Below, in pieces: positions 16,189 through 26,618 of a stretch of 52,514 bases of DNA. Location: IMG/VR virus record IMGVR_UViG_3300017752_000017, positions 1 through 52,514 of that record; one strand, given 5' to 3'. Every line of letters starts with the position of its first letter. The first letter of the stretch is position 1. Origin of the DNA: a virus. Its lineage: Duplodnaviria > Caudoviricetes. The notes under the pieces are model-generated. The model did not search any database. It was not told where the DNA came from and saw only the letters and a program-made list of their open reading frames with translations. The position numbers and the translations under genes are program-made.

Positions 16189-17618
16189 GTATAAAATTTA
16201 CATTAGATAAATCAGGTCAAAAGGGTGTTATTTCTGGAGATCGTTTCGAAGAGATACGTGAAGCATTCAGTGTTGCAAATGATGCCGCAAAATTCATGAG
16301 ATATCGCTCACGTTTCGCGCCTTCACGTAGATATGCCATCACACCAGGTGGTAAGTTTGATATCGGGTTATATTATGAAATAAAAAAATATCTTGTATCA
16401 CAATCAATCACTAGCAACATATTGGTTGAAGATGATTTTCGTAAAGTTGTCACGCCAGGTTATAATAACAAGCAAACAGCCAAATTAAATTTGTCGTTGA
16501 GAGATTACCAGCAATCGATTGTCGATATGTGTCTACGAGTGGGTAGAGGTGTATGTGTGCTTGCTACTGCAGGTGGTAAGACTTTAACAATTGCTAGTCT
16601 AATTCAATCTGTATTTGACACAAACAAGACCATCAAGTGTTTGTTGTTGGTACCGGATCTAGGACTCGTGAATCAGACGTACGCTGATTTTAAAGAATAC
16701 GGAGTTTCATTCTTGTATAGCAAATGGACAGGTAATGAACCTTTAAATCTAGGATCTAACGTGATTATTGCCAATATGGGTATATTGCAAAGTAGTAAGA
16801 GTGATATATCTTGGATCAAGCATATAGACATGTTAATAATTGATGAAGTTCATAAGCTTCGAAAAACGAACAAAATTAATAAAATTATAAAGAGTATACA
16901 CACTCACAACCGGTTTGGTTTCACAGGTACGATGCCAGAAGAAAAAATTGATCAATGGAATATAATTGGTCAAATCGGTCCGATACTATATGAGAAAAAC
17001 AGTTATCAGTTGAGACAAGGTGACTATATAGCTTCTGTCGTCGCACAAGTTCTCAAGTTGGAATACAAGGGTAAACCTAAAGCTGGTAAACCTGGAGCTC
17101 CTACTGATGGATATAGAAAAGAACATGATTTTATAATCGAGTCAGAGTTCAGAAATAACCTGATTGGTAAACTGTGTTCCAACTTCAACAACAATTCACT
17201 AGTATTAATAGACTATATACGTCATGGTGAAGTGCTATATGAATACGTAAAACGAGCATCTCCAGACAAGCAAGTGTTTTTCATACAAGGTGAGGTTGAA
17301 GTGTCACAACGAGACGCGATCCGCAAGTTAATGGAGCAACAAACAAATGTGGTTTGTATAGCTATATCAAAAATATTCTCAACAGGTGTGAATATAAAGA
17401 ATTTACACTTTATTGTGTTCGCTGGTGGTGGTAAGGCTAAGATCAAGACACTACAATCAATAGGACGTGGTTTGAGAAAACATGACACAAAAGACCGGTT
17501 AACAATTATTGATATTGCTGACCAACTCAAATACGGTTATCAGCATATGGTCAAAAGACTGACATTTTACAAAAAGGAGAAAATCAATTATGGCATTAAA
17601 AAAATCAACGAAAACTGA
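16185..17618 (+). CDS. uvsW: SF2 DNA helicase UvsW
   Basis: LRDYQ, ATAGGKT, IIDEVH, GFTGT, FSTGVNI and LQSIGRGLR. Confidence 0.92.
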   Translation: MSIKFTLDKSGQKGVISGDRFEEIREAFSVANDAAKFMRYRSRFAPSRRYAITPGGKFDIGLYYEIKKYLVSQSITSNILVEDDFRKVVTPGYNNKQTAKLNLSLRDYQQSIVDMCLRVGRGVCVLATAGGKTLTIASLIQSVFDTNKTIKCLLLVPDLGLVNQTYADFKEYGVSFLYSKWTGNEPLNLGSNVIIANMGILQSSKSDISWIKHIDMLIIDEVHKLRKTNKINKIIKSIHTHNRFGFTGTMPEEKIDQWNIIGQIGPILYEKNSYQLRQGDYIASVVAQVLKLEYKGKPKAGKPGAPTDGYRKEHDFIIESEFRNNLIGKLCSNFNNNSLVLIDYIRHGEVLYEYVKRASPDKQVFFIQGEVEVSQRDAIRKLMEQQTNVVCIAISKIFSTGVNIKNLHFIVFAGGGKAKIKTLQSIGRGLRKHDTKDRLTIIDIADQLKYGYQHMVKRLTFYKKEKINYGIKKINEN

Positions 17619-18102
17619 ACAAGACGAAGCTCCACCGGCCAAGCCAGTCAAGAGACCACGTGGTAAGAAGAATGTTCATTATGTGAGTGGTAAAGAGTTA
17701 TTACAACAAATAACGGACTATTATAAGATGGATGCAGAAGTTACAATCCCAGACTTGTTGGGTTCGAATGTATACAAGATAGCCAAAGGATTATCATTTG
17801 CTCCAAACTTCATAAACTATTCATACAAAGATGATATGATCGGTGACGCTATAGTAAAAATGTTTTCAGCACTACAGCAACACAAGTTCAACATCGACTC
17901 TGGATACAATCCATTTTCATATTTTACTACCATTGCTTATCATGCTTTTATCAACAGAATCAAAAAAGAAAAGAAACATAGAGAAGCATTGACAGAGTAT
18001 CAAGAAGCAGTTTATGATGAATTGTTAGGTTCAGATTATAGTGAGGTAGGAGATCAACCAAACCTAACAAATCCATATTCTAGCGAAACAGATGAACAGT
18101 AA
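17590..18102 (+). CDS. gp55: Late-transcription sigma factor gp55
   Basis: HYVSGKEL, KIAKGLSFAPNFINYSYKDDMIGDA and NPFSYFTTIAYHAFINRIKKEKK. Confidence 0.92.
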   Translation: MALKKSTKTEQDEAPPAKPVKRPRGKKNVHYVSGKELLQQITDYYKMDAEVTIPDLLGSNVYKIAKGLSFAPNFINYSYKDDMIGDAIVKMFSALQQHKFNIDSGYNPFSYFTTIAYHAFINRIKKEKKHREALTEYQEAVYDELLGSDYSEVGDQPNLTNPYSSETDEQ

Positions 18103-19147
18103 TATCACATTCACACAACCACAGGTGTGTTGTGTGTCTGATATACATATCGGTGTACATCAAAATGGTACTCTCTGGCATGAAATAGCTGTCAGTTGGG
18201 CTCAATGGTTACGCGATGAGCTAAGAAAAAACAAGATACATGACATCATAATATGTGGTGATTTGTTTCATTATCGAGATGAGATAGCTGTAAACACGAT
18301 ACAAGTAACTACACAGATATTAGAGATGTGGCAAGAATTTAATATAGTGGTGCTTGTAGGAAATCATGACGCATATTACAAAGATAGATCTGATGTAAAT
18401 TCATTATCTATACTCAGAGGATGGACCAACATAACTGTTATAGATAAATTGACACAAATTACATCGTATGATAGAGACCTGCTCTTTTGTCCATGGGGCA
18501 CAAAAAAATCTGAACTAACAAAAAATGATATAATATTTGGTCATTTTGAAATTGAATCGTTCAAGTTAAACCATTTTAAAGTTTGTACAGAAGGGATAAA
18601 ATCAAAAGACCTACTAGCAAAAACAGATCTTGTCATAACCGGTCATTTCCACCATCGTGAGGAACGTGAATATAAAAACGGTAAAATATTGTATTTAGGT
18701 AATCCATTTGAGATGGATTTTGGTGATATAAACACTATAAAAGGCTATTATTTGCTGAATTTATCAGATAAAAAATTTAATTTTATTGAAAACAAAAGCT
18801 CACCCAAGCATCACAAAATATTTTTATCAAACCTCGCAAAGGACACAACAATAACTAAAGCAACAAGAAGTAAAATAAAAAATAATATAGTCAGATTCAT
18901 TGTGGATAAAAACATAATGTCAGATGAAGCTGATTTTGTTATACAGAAGTTACTTCAATCGAAACCAAAAGCTTTTAACGTTGATTATGCGATCAATTTT
19001 AACAAGTTCAGCGATGGTGCAGAGCAATTCGATATGTCAGGTTTTGATATTGTGACAGCCATACATGAGTTCGTTGATCTATTAGAGATTGACAACAAGC
19101 AAGATGTTGTCAATCATACAATTGAACTGTATAAAAACTGTAAATGA
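18092..19147 (+). CDS. gp47: Recombination endonuclease subunit gp47 (Mre11/SbcD-like)
   Basis: SDIHIG, CGDLFH, VGNHD, FGHFE and TGHFH metallophosphoesterase motifs. Confidence 0.93.
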   Translation: MNSNITFTQPQVCCVSDIHIGVHQNGTLWHEIAVSWAQWLRDELRKNKIHDIIICGDLFHYRDEIAVNTIQVTTQILEMWQEFNIVVLVGNHDAYYKDRSDVNSLSILRGWTNITVIDKLTQITSYDRDLLFCPWGTKKSELTKNDIIFGHFEIESFKLNHFKVCTEGIKSKDLLAKTDLVITGHFHHREEREYKNGKILYLGNPFEMDFGDINTIKGYYLLNLSDKKFNFIENKSSPKHHKIFLSNLAKDTTITKATRSKIKNNIVRFIVDKNIMSDEADFVIQKLLQSKPKAFNVDYAINFNKFSDGAEQFDMSGFDIVTAIHEFVDLLEIDNKQDVVNHTIELYKNCK

Positions 19148-20958
19148 AATATATAAAATTCACTAAATTACGTATCAAAAACTTTCTATCAGTTGGAGAA
19201 GAGCAGGTAGATGTGGACTTCTCTACTGGTATTAACATTATAACTGGTATAAACAAGGATAAATCAAACAGGCGAAACGGTGTGGGTAAGTCGACAGTTG
19301 CTGATGCAGTTTATTTTACTATATTTGGCTCTACTCTCCGTGAGATAAAAAAAGAAAATATAGGTAATAACATAACCACCGGTCAAACAGAAACAAGTGT
19401 AGATTTCACAGTCATTGAGAATCAAACTTCAACCGAATATACAATAGTACGGTTGTTAAACCCATCCAAGTGTTACATATACAAAGACGGTGTTGATAAG
19501 ACTAGAGATTCTATATCCAACACAAACAAGTACATAACAGACATTCTTTGTAGTTCTCCGGATGTGTTTCAAAACTGCATCATCATGACACTGAACAACA
19601 CTGTACCGTTCATGGCGCAAAAGAAAACAGACAAGAGAAAATTTATCGAAGGTATATTAAACTTGCAGGTATTCGGTGACATGTTACAGTTAGCGAAATC
19701 TGACTATAATGAGCACGTGAAAAATTTAGAAGTTGAATGTTCGAGATATGAAACAACATCAAGCCAGATAGAGTCTTTAACGGCTCAAAAAAACCGGCAA
19801 ATTGAAAATATAAAAGATCAAATAACAAAACTTTACACTCGGAGAAAATCTAATGAACAAGAAATTGCAAATTTAAAAAAATCTACAAAGACTACAATAG
19901 TCAAAAGTATTGCTGACTATCAAAAGAGTATAGACGAGATGAATGAAAATGTAAGACTGTGTAACGATAAACATATTAGACTGATATCAAAAATTTCTAG
20001 AATTAAAACAAACAATGAACACCTGAAGCAAACACTTGATAAAATGACAACCGGAGAAACAACCTGTCCTGCCTGTCGTCGACCAATTGAGGATCATGAT
20101 AGAAAAATGATCGAAGAAGAAATATCATCATTACAACAGCAAATAGATAACAACAAGTTATTACAAAGTGAATTTAACAAGAAGTTAAACAAGGTTGATG
20201 AGTTAAAAGACAAAATAAGGTCGAAGATTGCATCATGTGAGGATCAAATGCATAAACAAAAGATAGAAATAAAAGAGAAGGACAACATATTAAAACGTGT
20301 GAACCAACTTGAAGATTTAAATCAGACAATTGATCATGATATTGAGGAAGCTGCAAAAAATAAAACATCGTTCGATGAATTGATTGATCAATCTACAGAA
20401 TCGCTTGATGTGACACAACGTGATATTGATAAAGTTAAACAGACAATAAACAAGTTAGATGTTGTTAAGTTTGTGGTATCAGAAGAAGGTGTTCGTTCAT
20501 ACATTGTAAAAAAGATATTACAGTTACTAAACGGTAAACTAGCGTACTATCTGAAGAAAATGGATGCTAATTGTATGTGTGTATTCAATGAGTACTTTGA
20601 AGAGCAAATAATAGATGAGAAAGGCAAGATATGTTCATATCATAACTTTAGTGGTGCAGAAAGAAAGAATATAGATTTGGGTTGTCTGTTTGCATTCATG
20701 GACATCCGTCGAATGCAAGGTGATGTGGCTTTTAATTTTAGTGTATATGATGAGTTGCTCGATTCTAGTCTAGACGAGAAGGGAATTGAACTTGTGCTCG
20801 AAATTCTTCGTGAAAGAGTTGAGAAATATGATGAATGTGTAATGGTCATCTCACACAGAAAAGAAAGTGTCAAACACGCGACTAACGGCGTTATCTTTTT
20901 AGAGAAATCTAATGGTATAACAAGAAGAGTCGCACCACAATTAGCAGAGGATAAATAG
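19144..20958 (+). CDS. gp46: Recombination ATPase gp46 (Rad50/SbcC-like)
   Basis: KNFLSVG, NGVGKST, coiled coil with CPAC zinc hook, FSGAE, YDELLDSSLD and VISH. Confidence 0.95.
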   Translation: MKYIKFTKLRIKNFLSVGEEQVDVDFSTGINIITGINKDKSNRRNGVGKSTVADAVYFTIFGSTLREIKKENIGNNITTGQTETSVDFTVIENQTSTEYTIVRLLNPSKCYIYKDGVDKTRDSISNTNKYITDILCSSPDVFQNCIIMTLNNTVPFMAQKKTDKRKFIEGILNLQVFGDMLQLAKSDYNEHVKNLEVECSRYETTSSQIESLTAQKNRQIENIKDQITKLYTRRKSNEQEIANLKKSTKTTIVKSIADYQKSIDEMNENVRLCNDKHIRLISKISRIKTNNEHLKQTLDKMTTGETTCPACRRPIEDHDRKMIEEEISSLQQQIDNNKLLQSEFNKKLNKVDELKDKIRSKIASCEDQMHKQKIEIKEKDNILKRVNQLEDLNQTIDHDIEEAAKNKTSFDELIDQSTESLDVTQRDIDKVKQTINKLDVVKFVVSEEGVRSYIVKKILQLLNGKLAYYLKKMDANCMCVFNEYFEEQIIDEKGKICSYHNFSGAERKNIDLGCLFAFMDIRRMQGDVAFNFSVYDELLDSSLDEKGIELVLEILRERVEKYDECVMVISHRKESVKHATNGVIFLEKSNGITRRVAPQLAEDK

Positions 20959-20962
20959 AATG

Positions 20963-22183
20963 ATGATAGGTACATCTATAGGATCTGTGTTTGGTGACCC
21001 AAAAAACGCATTTAATAAAGCTCGTAGAGACGGCAAACAAAAGACTCAATTAACATCCGCTTCGCAGCAAAAACAATCTGAAACTAGAGGATTAAATTAT
21101 TATGCAGATTTCAGTGGATGTGGTCACTGGAGAATGATCTGGCCGGAAATAATTATGAACGGTTATCAACATTGTACAGTACATGGATCAACAAGCATGA
21201 TTTTAGACCCTAGATATTATGCTGGGTTGGACACTGTGAGAATACAAAGACAGGCTAGCCCAGCTCAATACAAGTTTATAGAATTCTTAAACAACATGAA
21301 AAAGGGTCCACAACAATTCAATTTAATATATGAGATAGATGACGTGTTGTTGTACGAAGATATACCCATGTATAATAAATTTCGTGAAGCTTTTGCAAAC
21401 AACGAAGTTAGAAACACGGCAATAACCATAATGGACTCATGTGATGAGATAACAGTCACATGTGATTACATGAAAGATTATTACGCTAGTAAAATAAACA
21501 ATAAAAATATAACTGTCATACCAAATTTTGTACCAAGATTCTGGATGGGTGATTTGTATGATGCTGATCAAAGATCTCGCGAATATACAAAATCAATAAA
21601 ACATAGAAAAAAACCAAGAGTGATGTGGAGTGGTAGTGGTGCGCATTTCGATACAACAGGTAAGCACAAGATAGACGATTTTTCTCATATAATTAAAACG
21701 ATCAAGAAGACACTCAACAAATATCAGTGGGTTCTGTTTGGTTCATTTCCAACCGAATTAATGACAGAGATATCAACAGGTAAGATTGAATTTCATAAAT
21801 GGGTACCAATTTATGATTATCCACGAAAATTAAAATCACTTAAAGCTGATATATTCATTGCACCGTTACATGACAACCCATTCAATAACTCCAAGAGCGA
21901 TCTGAAGTACATAGAAGGGTGCGCCATGGGCACCCCGGTGGTTTGCCAGGATATTGCAACTTATAAGGATACACCTTATAAGTTTAACACTGGTGAAGAG
22001 ATGGTCGATTTGATAGACAGTATTGTTAAATCTAAGGATGTTTACATGAAAGCCAGTAGAAAATTTGCAACTCAAATTGAATCTCGTTGGTTGGAACCTA
22101 ATATACAAACATATGTAGAGTTATACAAATATCCATACGGTCATGAGATGAGAAAAAATATTAATAAATTTAATTGCACATAA
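20963..22183 (+). CDS. Glycosyltransferase, GT-B fold
   Basis: SGCGHWRMIWP, YEIDD, ITVIPNF, WSGSGAH and IAPLHDNPFNNSKSDLKYIE. TAAATA (20952-20957) lies 5 nt upstream of the second ATG (20963). Confidence 0.8.
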   Translation: MIGTSIGSVFGDPKNAFNKARRDGKQKTQLTSASQQKQSETRGLNYYADFSGCGHWRMIWPEIIMNGYQHCTVHGSTSMILDPRYYAGLDTVRIQRQASPAQYKFIEFLNNMKKGPQQFNLIYEIDDVLLYEDIPMYNKFREAFANNEVRNTAITIMDSCDEITVTCDYMKDYYASKINNKNITVIPNFVPRFWMGDLYDADQRSREYTKSIKHRKKPRVMWSGSGAHFDTTGKHKIDDFSHIIKTIKKTLNKYQWVLFGSFPTELMTEISTGKIEFHKWVPIYDYPRKLKSLKADIFIAPLHDNPFNNSKSDLKYIEGCAMGTPVVCQDIATYKDTPYKFNTGEEMVDLIDSIVKSKDVYMKASRKFATQIESRWLEPNIQTYVELYKYPYGHEMRKNINKFNCT

Positions 22184-22202
22184 AATATAACTACCCTACA
22201 AT
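22174..22202 (+). promoter_or_regulatory. Sigma70-type promoter TTGCAC-N17-TACAAT for gp43
   Basis: 6 nt upstream of the ATG at 22209. Confidence 0.55.
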
Positions 22203-22208
22203 ACACGT

Positions 22209-24785
22209 ATGTACAGAAACATAACATACGATCAACGATCGCAAAGCGTGCAAATCGGTACGTGGGATGAAACCGGTGAACCGATAACTGTAACATGTAG
22301 TTACGAACCGTATCTATACACGGAAACCAAAATGAAGACACCGTATAGGTCCTTACATGGTACATACCTTGAGCGAAAAGAATTCCGGTCAGTTTCTCAC
22401 CGCAATAGATTCCTCCGTGAGACAGGGCAAAAAAGAGTTTTTGAAAATATCAGATGGGATCAACAGTTCTTGATCGACAGGTTTGGAGATGTAAATGAAG
22501 ATCTAGAATTCAGTAAATATCCACTTCGAGTATATTTCTTCGACATAGAGACATACAGTCCTAATGGCTTCCCTGTACCGGATCAAGCAAGTGACACAGT
22601 TAATGTTATAACAATTTATGATACAATAACTGAAAAATTTACAACATGGGGATTGAACAAGTTAGAGAAGAGTATTGACAATTGTGAATACATCCACTGC
22701 GAGAATGAAGCAATATTGCTAGATAAGTTTGTGACGTTTATGGAAGAAACACCACCGGATATCTTATCGGGTTGGAACAGTGAATTTTTTGACATACCTT
22801 ATATAATAAATCGCATCGCACGTGTGTTGTCTGAACACGATGTGAAGAGACTGTCTCCAAGCAAGAATGTACACTCTAGATTGATACAGGCAAAATTTGG
22901 TAAAGAGCAAAACAAGTGGTATATTGAAGGTGTAGCATGTATTGACTTCTTAGACATCTATAAAAAATTCAGCGTAGGTTTAAGAGAATCATACAAACTT
23001 GACGCGATTGGATCTTTAGAATTAGGGGAAAGAAAAGTAGATTATGGTAACACAGACCTGGTAGGTCTAGCGGATAACAACTGGCAAACTTTTGTAGAAT
23101 ATAACGTGCAGGATGTAAATTTACTCGCTAGATTGGAAGACAAATTAAGATATTTAGAACTGTTGCGTATGCTAGCATACACAGGGTTAACAACGTTAGA
23201 AGGTGCGATGGGTACATTGCAAGTGATCACCGGTGCTGCAGTGATAAAAGCTAGACAAAAAAAGAAGATCATACCTACTTTTGTAAAAGATTCATCAATC
23301 AAAACAAAATATGAAGGCGCATATGTTGGAGAACCTGAACGTGGCTTCCAGGATGATGTTGTATCGTTTGACGCGAACAGCTTGTATCCTAACACAATGA
23401 TATCATTAAATTTATCACCTGAGACAAAAATAGGTAAGATAATTGAAACATCTGACACACATGTTACATTAAAGCTTGTGAACAACCAAACCATGCATAT
23501 ATCTCATGCTAAATTCGCAGAGTTTGTAGACAAGCATAAGGTGGCAATATCCAAAGCCAAAGTGATGTTTAGTCAACTTGAGAAAGGCATCATGCCAGAA
23601 ATCGTTGATCGTGTGTATCAGCAACGTGTTAAAATTAAAGATCAATTACAAAAGTTAAAGAGAGAGAATGAAAAATTGCCCGCGGATGACCCCAAGCATA
23701 TTACAAATACTAGACTCATAGGTCAACTGGATATCAAGCAATTCACCATGAAGATTTTGATCAACACTGTGTACGGGTATTTTGGTAACAAGCATGCCCC
23801 CATGGGAGATCCAGATATTGCTCGTAGCATCACCTTAACTGGACAGGCTGTGATCAAGCAATCAAACAAAATATTGACAGAGTATATCAAACGGGTGTGT
23901 GGTATTGAAGATGATAAATACACCCCGGTGATATACAATGATACTGATTCAAGTTACATAACAATCGCTGAGTTGATGAAGCACCATGGTGAACCATTCA
24001 AAACCAAGACCGGAAAAGTGAGCGTTTCAGCCAAGAAGGCTGCACAAGACATAGAAGACCATTTGAATGTTGAGATAATCAAATGGGGTGAAAGTGTATT
24101 GAATAGTAAAGATTGTAGATTTGTGTTCAAGCGAGAAGCCATGGCTGATGTTGGTATCTTTATTGCCAAGAAGAGGTATGTATTACATGTGATAGATGAC
24201 GAAGGATTCGCGTGTGACAAGTATAAATACACCGGTGTTGAAATCGTCCGAACCACATTACCCGCAAGCTTGAAGCCATCAATAAAACGTATTGTTGAAA
24301 CCATGATGGAAACCAAAAACTATCAAGCTACAAATGATATGTTCCTTGAGACATACGACAAATTCAAATCATTATCCGTTGAGGATATAGCGTTTGTGAT
24401 GGGTGCTAAAGAGTACGATAAATATGCAGACAAATGCTCCGGTTTCAGTTTTGTGAAACGTATGCCAATCCATATAAAGTCATCGTATATATACAATCAG
24501 TTACTTGATAAATATAAATTGACAGAAAAATATGAATCGATTGGAAGTGGTGACAAGATTAGATATTTTTATGTGATGCAGCCTAATAAATTTGGTGTTG
24601 CAACACTTGCTTACAAATACTATTTCCCGGAAGAATTCCACCATGACTTTAAACCTGACGTAGAGAAAATGTTCGATAAAATTGTGTATAGTATTGTCGA
24701 GAGATTTTATGAAGCAGTCAACTGGAAGCTGAGACGACCAGGTTTACAGACACAAACTGACTTATTTGAACTGTTGGGTGTATGA
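22209..24785 (+). CDS. gp43: Family B DNA polymerase gp43
   Basis: Exo motifs FDIET, GWNSEFFDIPY and YNVQD; pol motifs SFDANSLYP, KILINTVYG, YNDTDS and KKRY. Confidence 0.97.
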   Translation: MYRNITYDQRSQSVQIGTWDETGEPITVTCSYEPYLYTETKMKTPYRSLHGTYLERKEFRSVSHRNRFLRETGQKRVFENIRWDQQFLIDRFGDVNEDLEFSKYPLRVYFFDIETYSPNGFPVPDQASDTVNVITIYDTITEKFTTWGLNKLEKSIDNCEYIHCENEAILLDKFVTFMEETPPDILSGWNSEFFDIPYIINRIARVLSEHDVKRLSPSKNVHSRLIQAKFGKEQNKWYIEGVACIDFLDIYKKFSVGLRESYKLDAIGSLELGERKVDYGNTDLVGLADNNWQTFVEYNVQDVNLLARLEDKLRYLELLRMLAYTGLTTLEGAMGTLQVITGAAVIKARQKKKIIPTFVKDSSIKTKYEGAYVGEPERGFQDDVVSFDANSLYPNTMISLNLSPETKIGKIIETSDTHVTLKLVNNQTMHISHAKFAEFVDKHKVAISKAKVMFSQLEKGIMPEIVDRVYQQRVKIKDQLQKLKRENEKLPADDPKHITNTRLIGQLDIKQFTMKILINTVYGYFGNKHAPMGDPDIARSITLTGQAVIKQSNKILTEYIKRVCGIEDDKYTPVIYNDTDSSYITIAELMKHHGEPFKTKTGKVSVSAKKAAQDIEDHLNVEIIKWGESVLNSKDCRFVFKREAMADVGIFIAKKRYVLHVIDDEGFACDKYKYTGVEIVRTTLPASLKPSIKRIVETMMETKNYQATNDMFLETYDKFKSLSVEDIAFVMGAKEYDKYADKCSGFSFVKRMPIHIKSSYIYNQLLDKYKLTEKYESIGSGDKIRYFYVMQPNKFGVATLAYKYYFPEEFHHDFKPDVEKMFDKIVYSIVERFYEAVNWKLRRPGLQTQTDLFELLGV

Positions 24786-24847
24786 ATATCTCAGATCGGG
24801 TCAAGAAACTTAGTTGACTTCCGAATATTATACTATAATATAATGGT

Positions 24848-25243
24848 ATGAGCAACAAAGTTATTTCATTCGTAGATAGTGTAGGTCGAGTTATTGTCGG
24901 TCGTGAAGCCCAAGAGAAGAATACTGATTCTAAACTGGCTATTTCAAATCCATCTGTCGTGAACATTAATGTCAATCAGGAGTCTGGTAACATCTCCGTA
25001 CAACTCTTGCCTTATATTTTCCGTGAGTTTATTTCGGCTGAGGCGAGATTTGAGAGTCATGTTTGGTTCTTTAACCGGAGTCAAATCACCACTGCAGAGA
25101 GTTTTGATATTGACTCATCTGTAGAAAATCAATACATTCAAATTTTTGAGACGGTACCAGCTCCAGTTGAAAATGTTTCGACAGAACAAGCGGAGGAAAC
25201 TGTCGAGTTGTTCGATGAAGAACCAGCCGTAGAATCAACCTAG
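24848..25243 (+). CDS. Hypothetical protein (beta-rich, acidic tail)
   Basis: 131-aa ORF followed by a terminator. Confidence 0.65.
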   Translation: MSNKVISFVDSVGRVIVGREAQEKNTDSKLAISNPSVVNINVNQESGNISVQLLPYIFREFISAEARFESHVWFFNRSQITTAESFDIDSSVENQYIQIFETVPAPVENVSTEQAEETVELFDEEPAVEST

Positions 25244-25265
25244 TTTACAAACACAACAATTAACC

Positions 25266-25297
25266 AAGCCTAGGTACTCCGGTCCTAGGCTTTTTTT
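25266..25297 (+). terminator. Rho-independent terminator
   Basis: AAGCCTAGG...CCTAGGCTT stem followed by a T7 tract. Confidence 0.8.
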
Positions 25298-25299
25298 AT

Positions 25300-25327
25300 T
25301 TGCCTTTGTCTAGCTAGAATCTATAAT
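25300..25327 (+). promoter_or_regulatory. Sigma70-type promoter TTGCCT-N16-TATAAT for uvsX
   Basis: 7 nt upstream of the ATG at 25335. Confidence 0.6.
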
Positions 25328-25334
25328 ATGTTAT

Positions 25335-26396
25335 ATGACTTCAATAGACAAAGACACATTAAAAATTTTTGATAAATTAGACAAGCTAAACCCGGAAGCA
25401 AAATTTCTCTCAGAAAGCGCGCTATCGAGTGTGACCGAATGGCATGACACAGGTTGTATGGTGTTGAATGCAATATGTTCTGGTAGTTTATATGGAGGTA
25501 TACCCAAGGGTCGCATTGTCGGCTTCGCAGGTCCAAGCCAAGCCGGTAAAACATATATCACTAATAAAATTTTAGCCCGGGCCCAATCTGAAGGTCTCAT
25601 CCCGGTAATTTTCGATACTGAAATGGCGGTTGATGAAGCTGCTTGTAAGAGTAGTGGTCTAGACTCATCGAGCGTCAAATACGTACCGGTACAGACCGTT
25701 GAAGATTGTCGGAATCAGCTCGTCGCATTTCTGGATAGTGTGATTGAAGCCAAAGCTCAAGGCCGGTTCATCATATGTATAGATTCACTTGGTAATTTAG
25801 CAAGTCAGAAAGAGATTGATGATGTTGAGAAGGGTAAAACAGCGATGGACATGGGAACTAGAGCCAAGGGTCTGAAGAGCATGATGCGGACACTCACATT
25901 CAAAGCTGCACATGCAAACACAACTATATTATTTGTCAATCATACATATGACGACCCAGCGGCTATGTTCCCTACTCTTGTCAAGCAACAGAGTGGAGGT
26001 AAAGGTCCAGTGTATCTGGCAAGTGTTCTTGTACAACTGGCCAAACGCGACGAGAAGCAAGATAAAAATAATGAAGATGATGAAATGCTACCGGATGCTA
26101 ACAAATATAGTGGAGTAACATTAAGAGCTCTAACAATAAAAAATCGTTTTGTTCCTCCGTTTTTAGAAGCTGAAATGTATCTAAATTTTAAGACTGGTTT
26201 AGACAAATACTCTGGGTTGAGAGAAATGGCTATCAATCACGGAGCATTACAACAAAATGGTAGTACATACTGTTTACCAGACGGTAGCAAACTCGGCTAC
26301 TTTAAAAACTGGTGTAAAAATACAGAATTATGGGACGACAAGATATTACCAATACTTGAAGAAAATCTTAAGAAGTCCTTCCGGTATGGTAGTTAA
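25335..26396 (+). CDS. uvsX: RecA-like recombinase UvsX
   Basis: DTGCMVLNAICSG, GPSQAGKT, FDTE, IDSLGNLAS, DMGTRAK, NHTY, SGG and KNRF. Confidence 0.93.
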   Translation: MTSIDKDTLKIFDKLDKLNPEAKFLSESALSSVTEWHDTGCMVLNAICSGSLYGGIPKGRIVGFAGPSQAGKTYITNKILARAQSEGLIPVIFDTEMAVDEAACKSSGLDSSSVKYVPVQTVEDCRNQLVAFLDSVIEAKAQGRFIICIDSLGNLASQKEIDDVEKGKTAMDMGTRAKGLKSMMRTLTFKAAHANTTILFVNHTYDDPAAMFPTLVKQQSGGKGPVYLASVLVQLAKRDEKQDKNNEDDEMLPDANKYSGVTLRALTIKNRFVPPFLEAEMYLNFKTGLDKYSGLREMAINHGALQQNGSTYCLPDGSKLGYFKNWCKNTELWDDKILPILEENLKKSFRYGS

Positions 26397-26572
26397 TCTT
26401 TCTTGACATCCTCTACACTTATCAAACCTTTGCGAATAAACTGCCCGGAGCTAGGGCAAATCCAATGAGCTTCAGAATAAATTTTTCCCAAGTATTCACG
26501 TTGTCTTATTCTAGGCTTGACGAGGTCTCCCGTGTATGGAGATCTGATAGGCTGTGGGTTTACTGTATCCAT
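26393..26572 (-). CDS. Small hypothetical late protein
   Basis: MDTVNPQPIRSPYTG...WICPSSGQFIRKG; TAAATA (26578-26583) lies 5 nt upstream of the ATG at 26572. Confidence 0.6.
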   Translation of the reverse strand: MDTVNPQPIRSPYTGDLVKPRIRQREYLGKIYSEAHWICPSSGQFIRKGLISVEDVKKD

Positions 26573-26584
26573 AAGAATATTTAG

Positions 26585-26612
26585 TCGCAAACAATAAAAA
26601 TTATACTATAAT
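26585..26612 (+). promoter_or_regulatory. Sigma70-type promoter TCGCAA-N16-TATAAT for the queC operon
   Basis: 6 nt upstream of the queC ATG. Confidence 0.55.
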
Positions 26613-26618
26613 AAGAAT

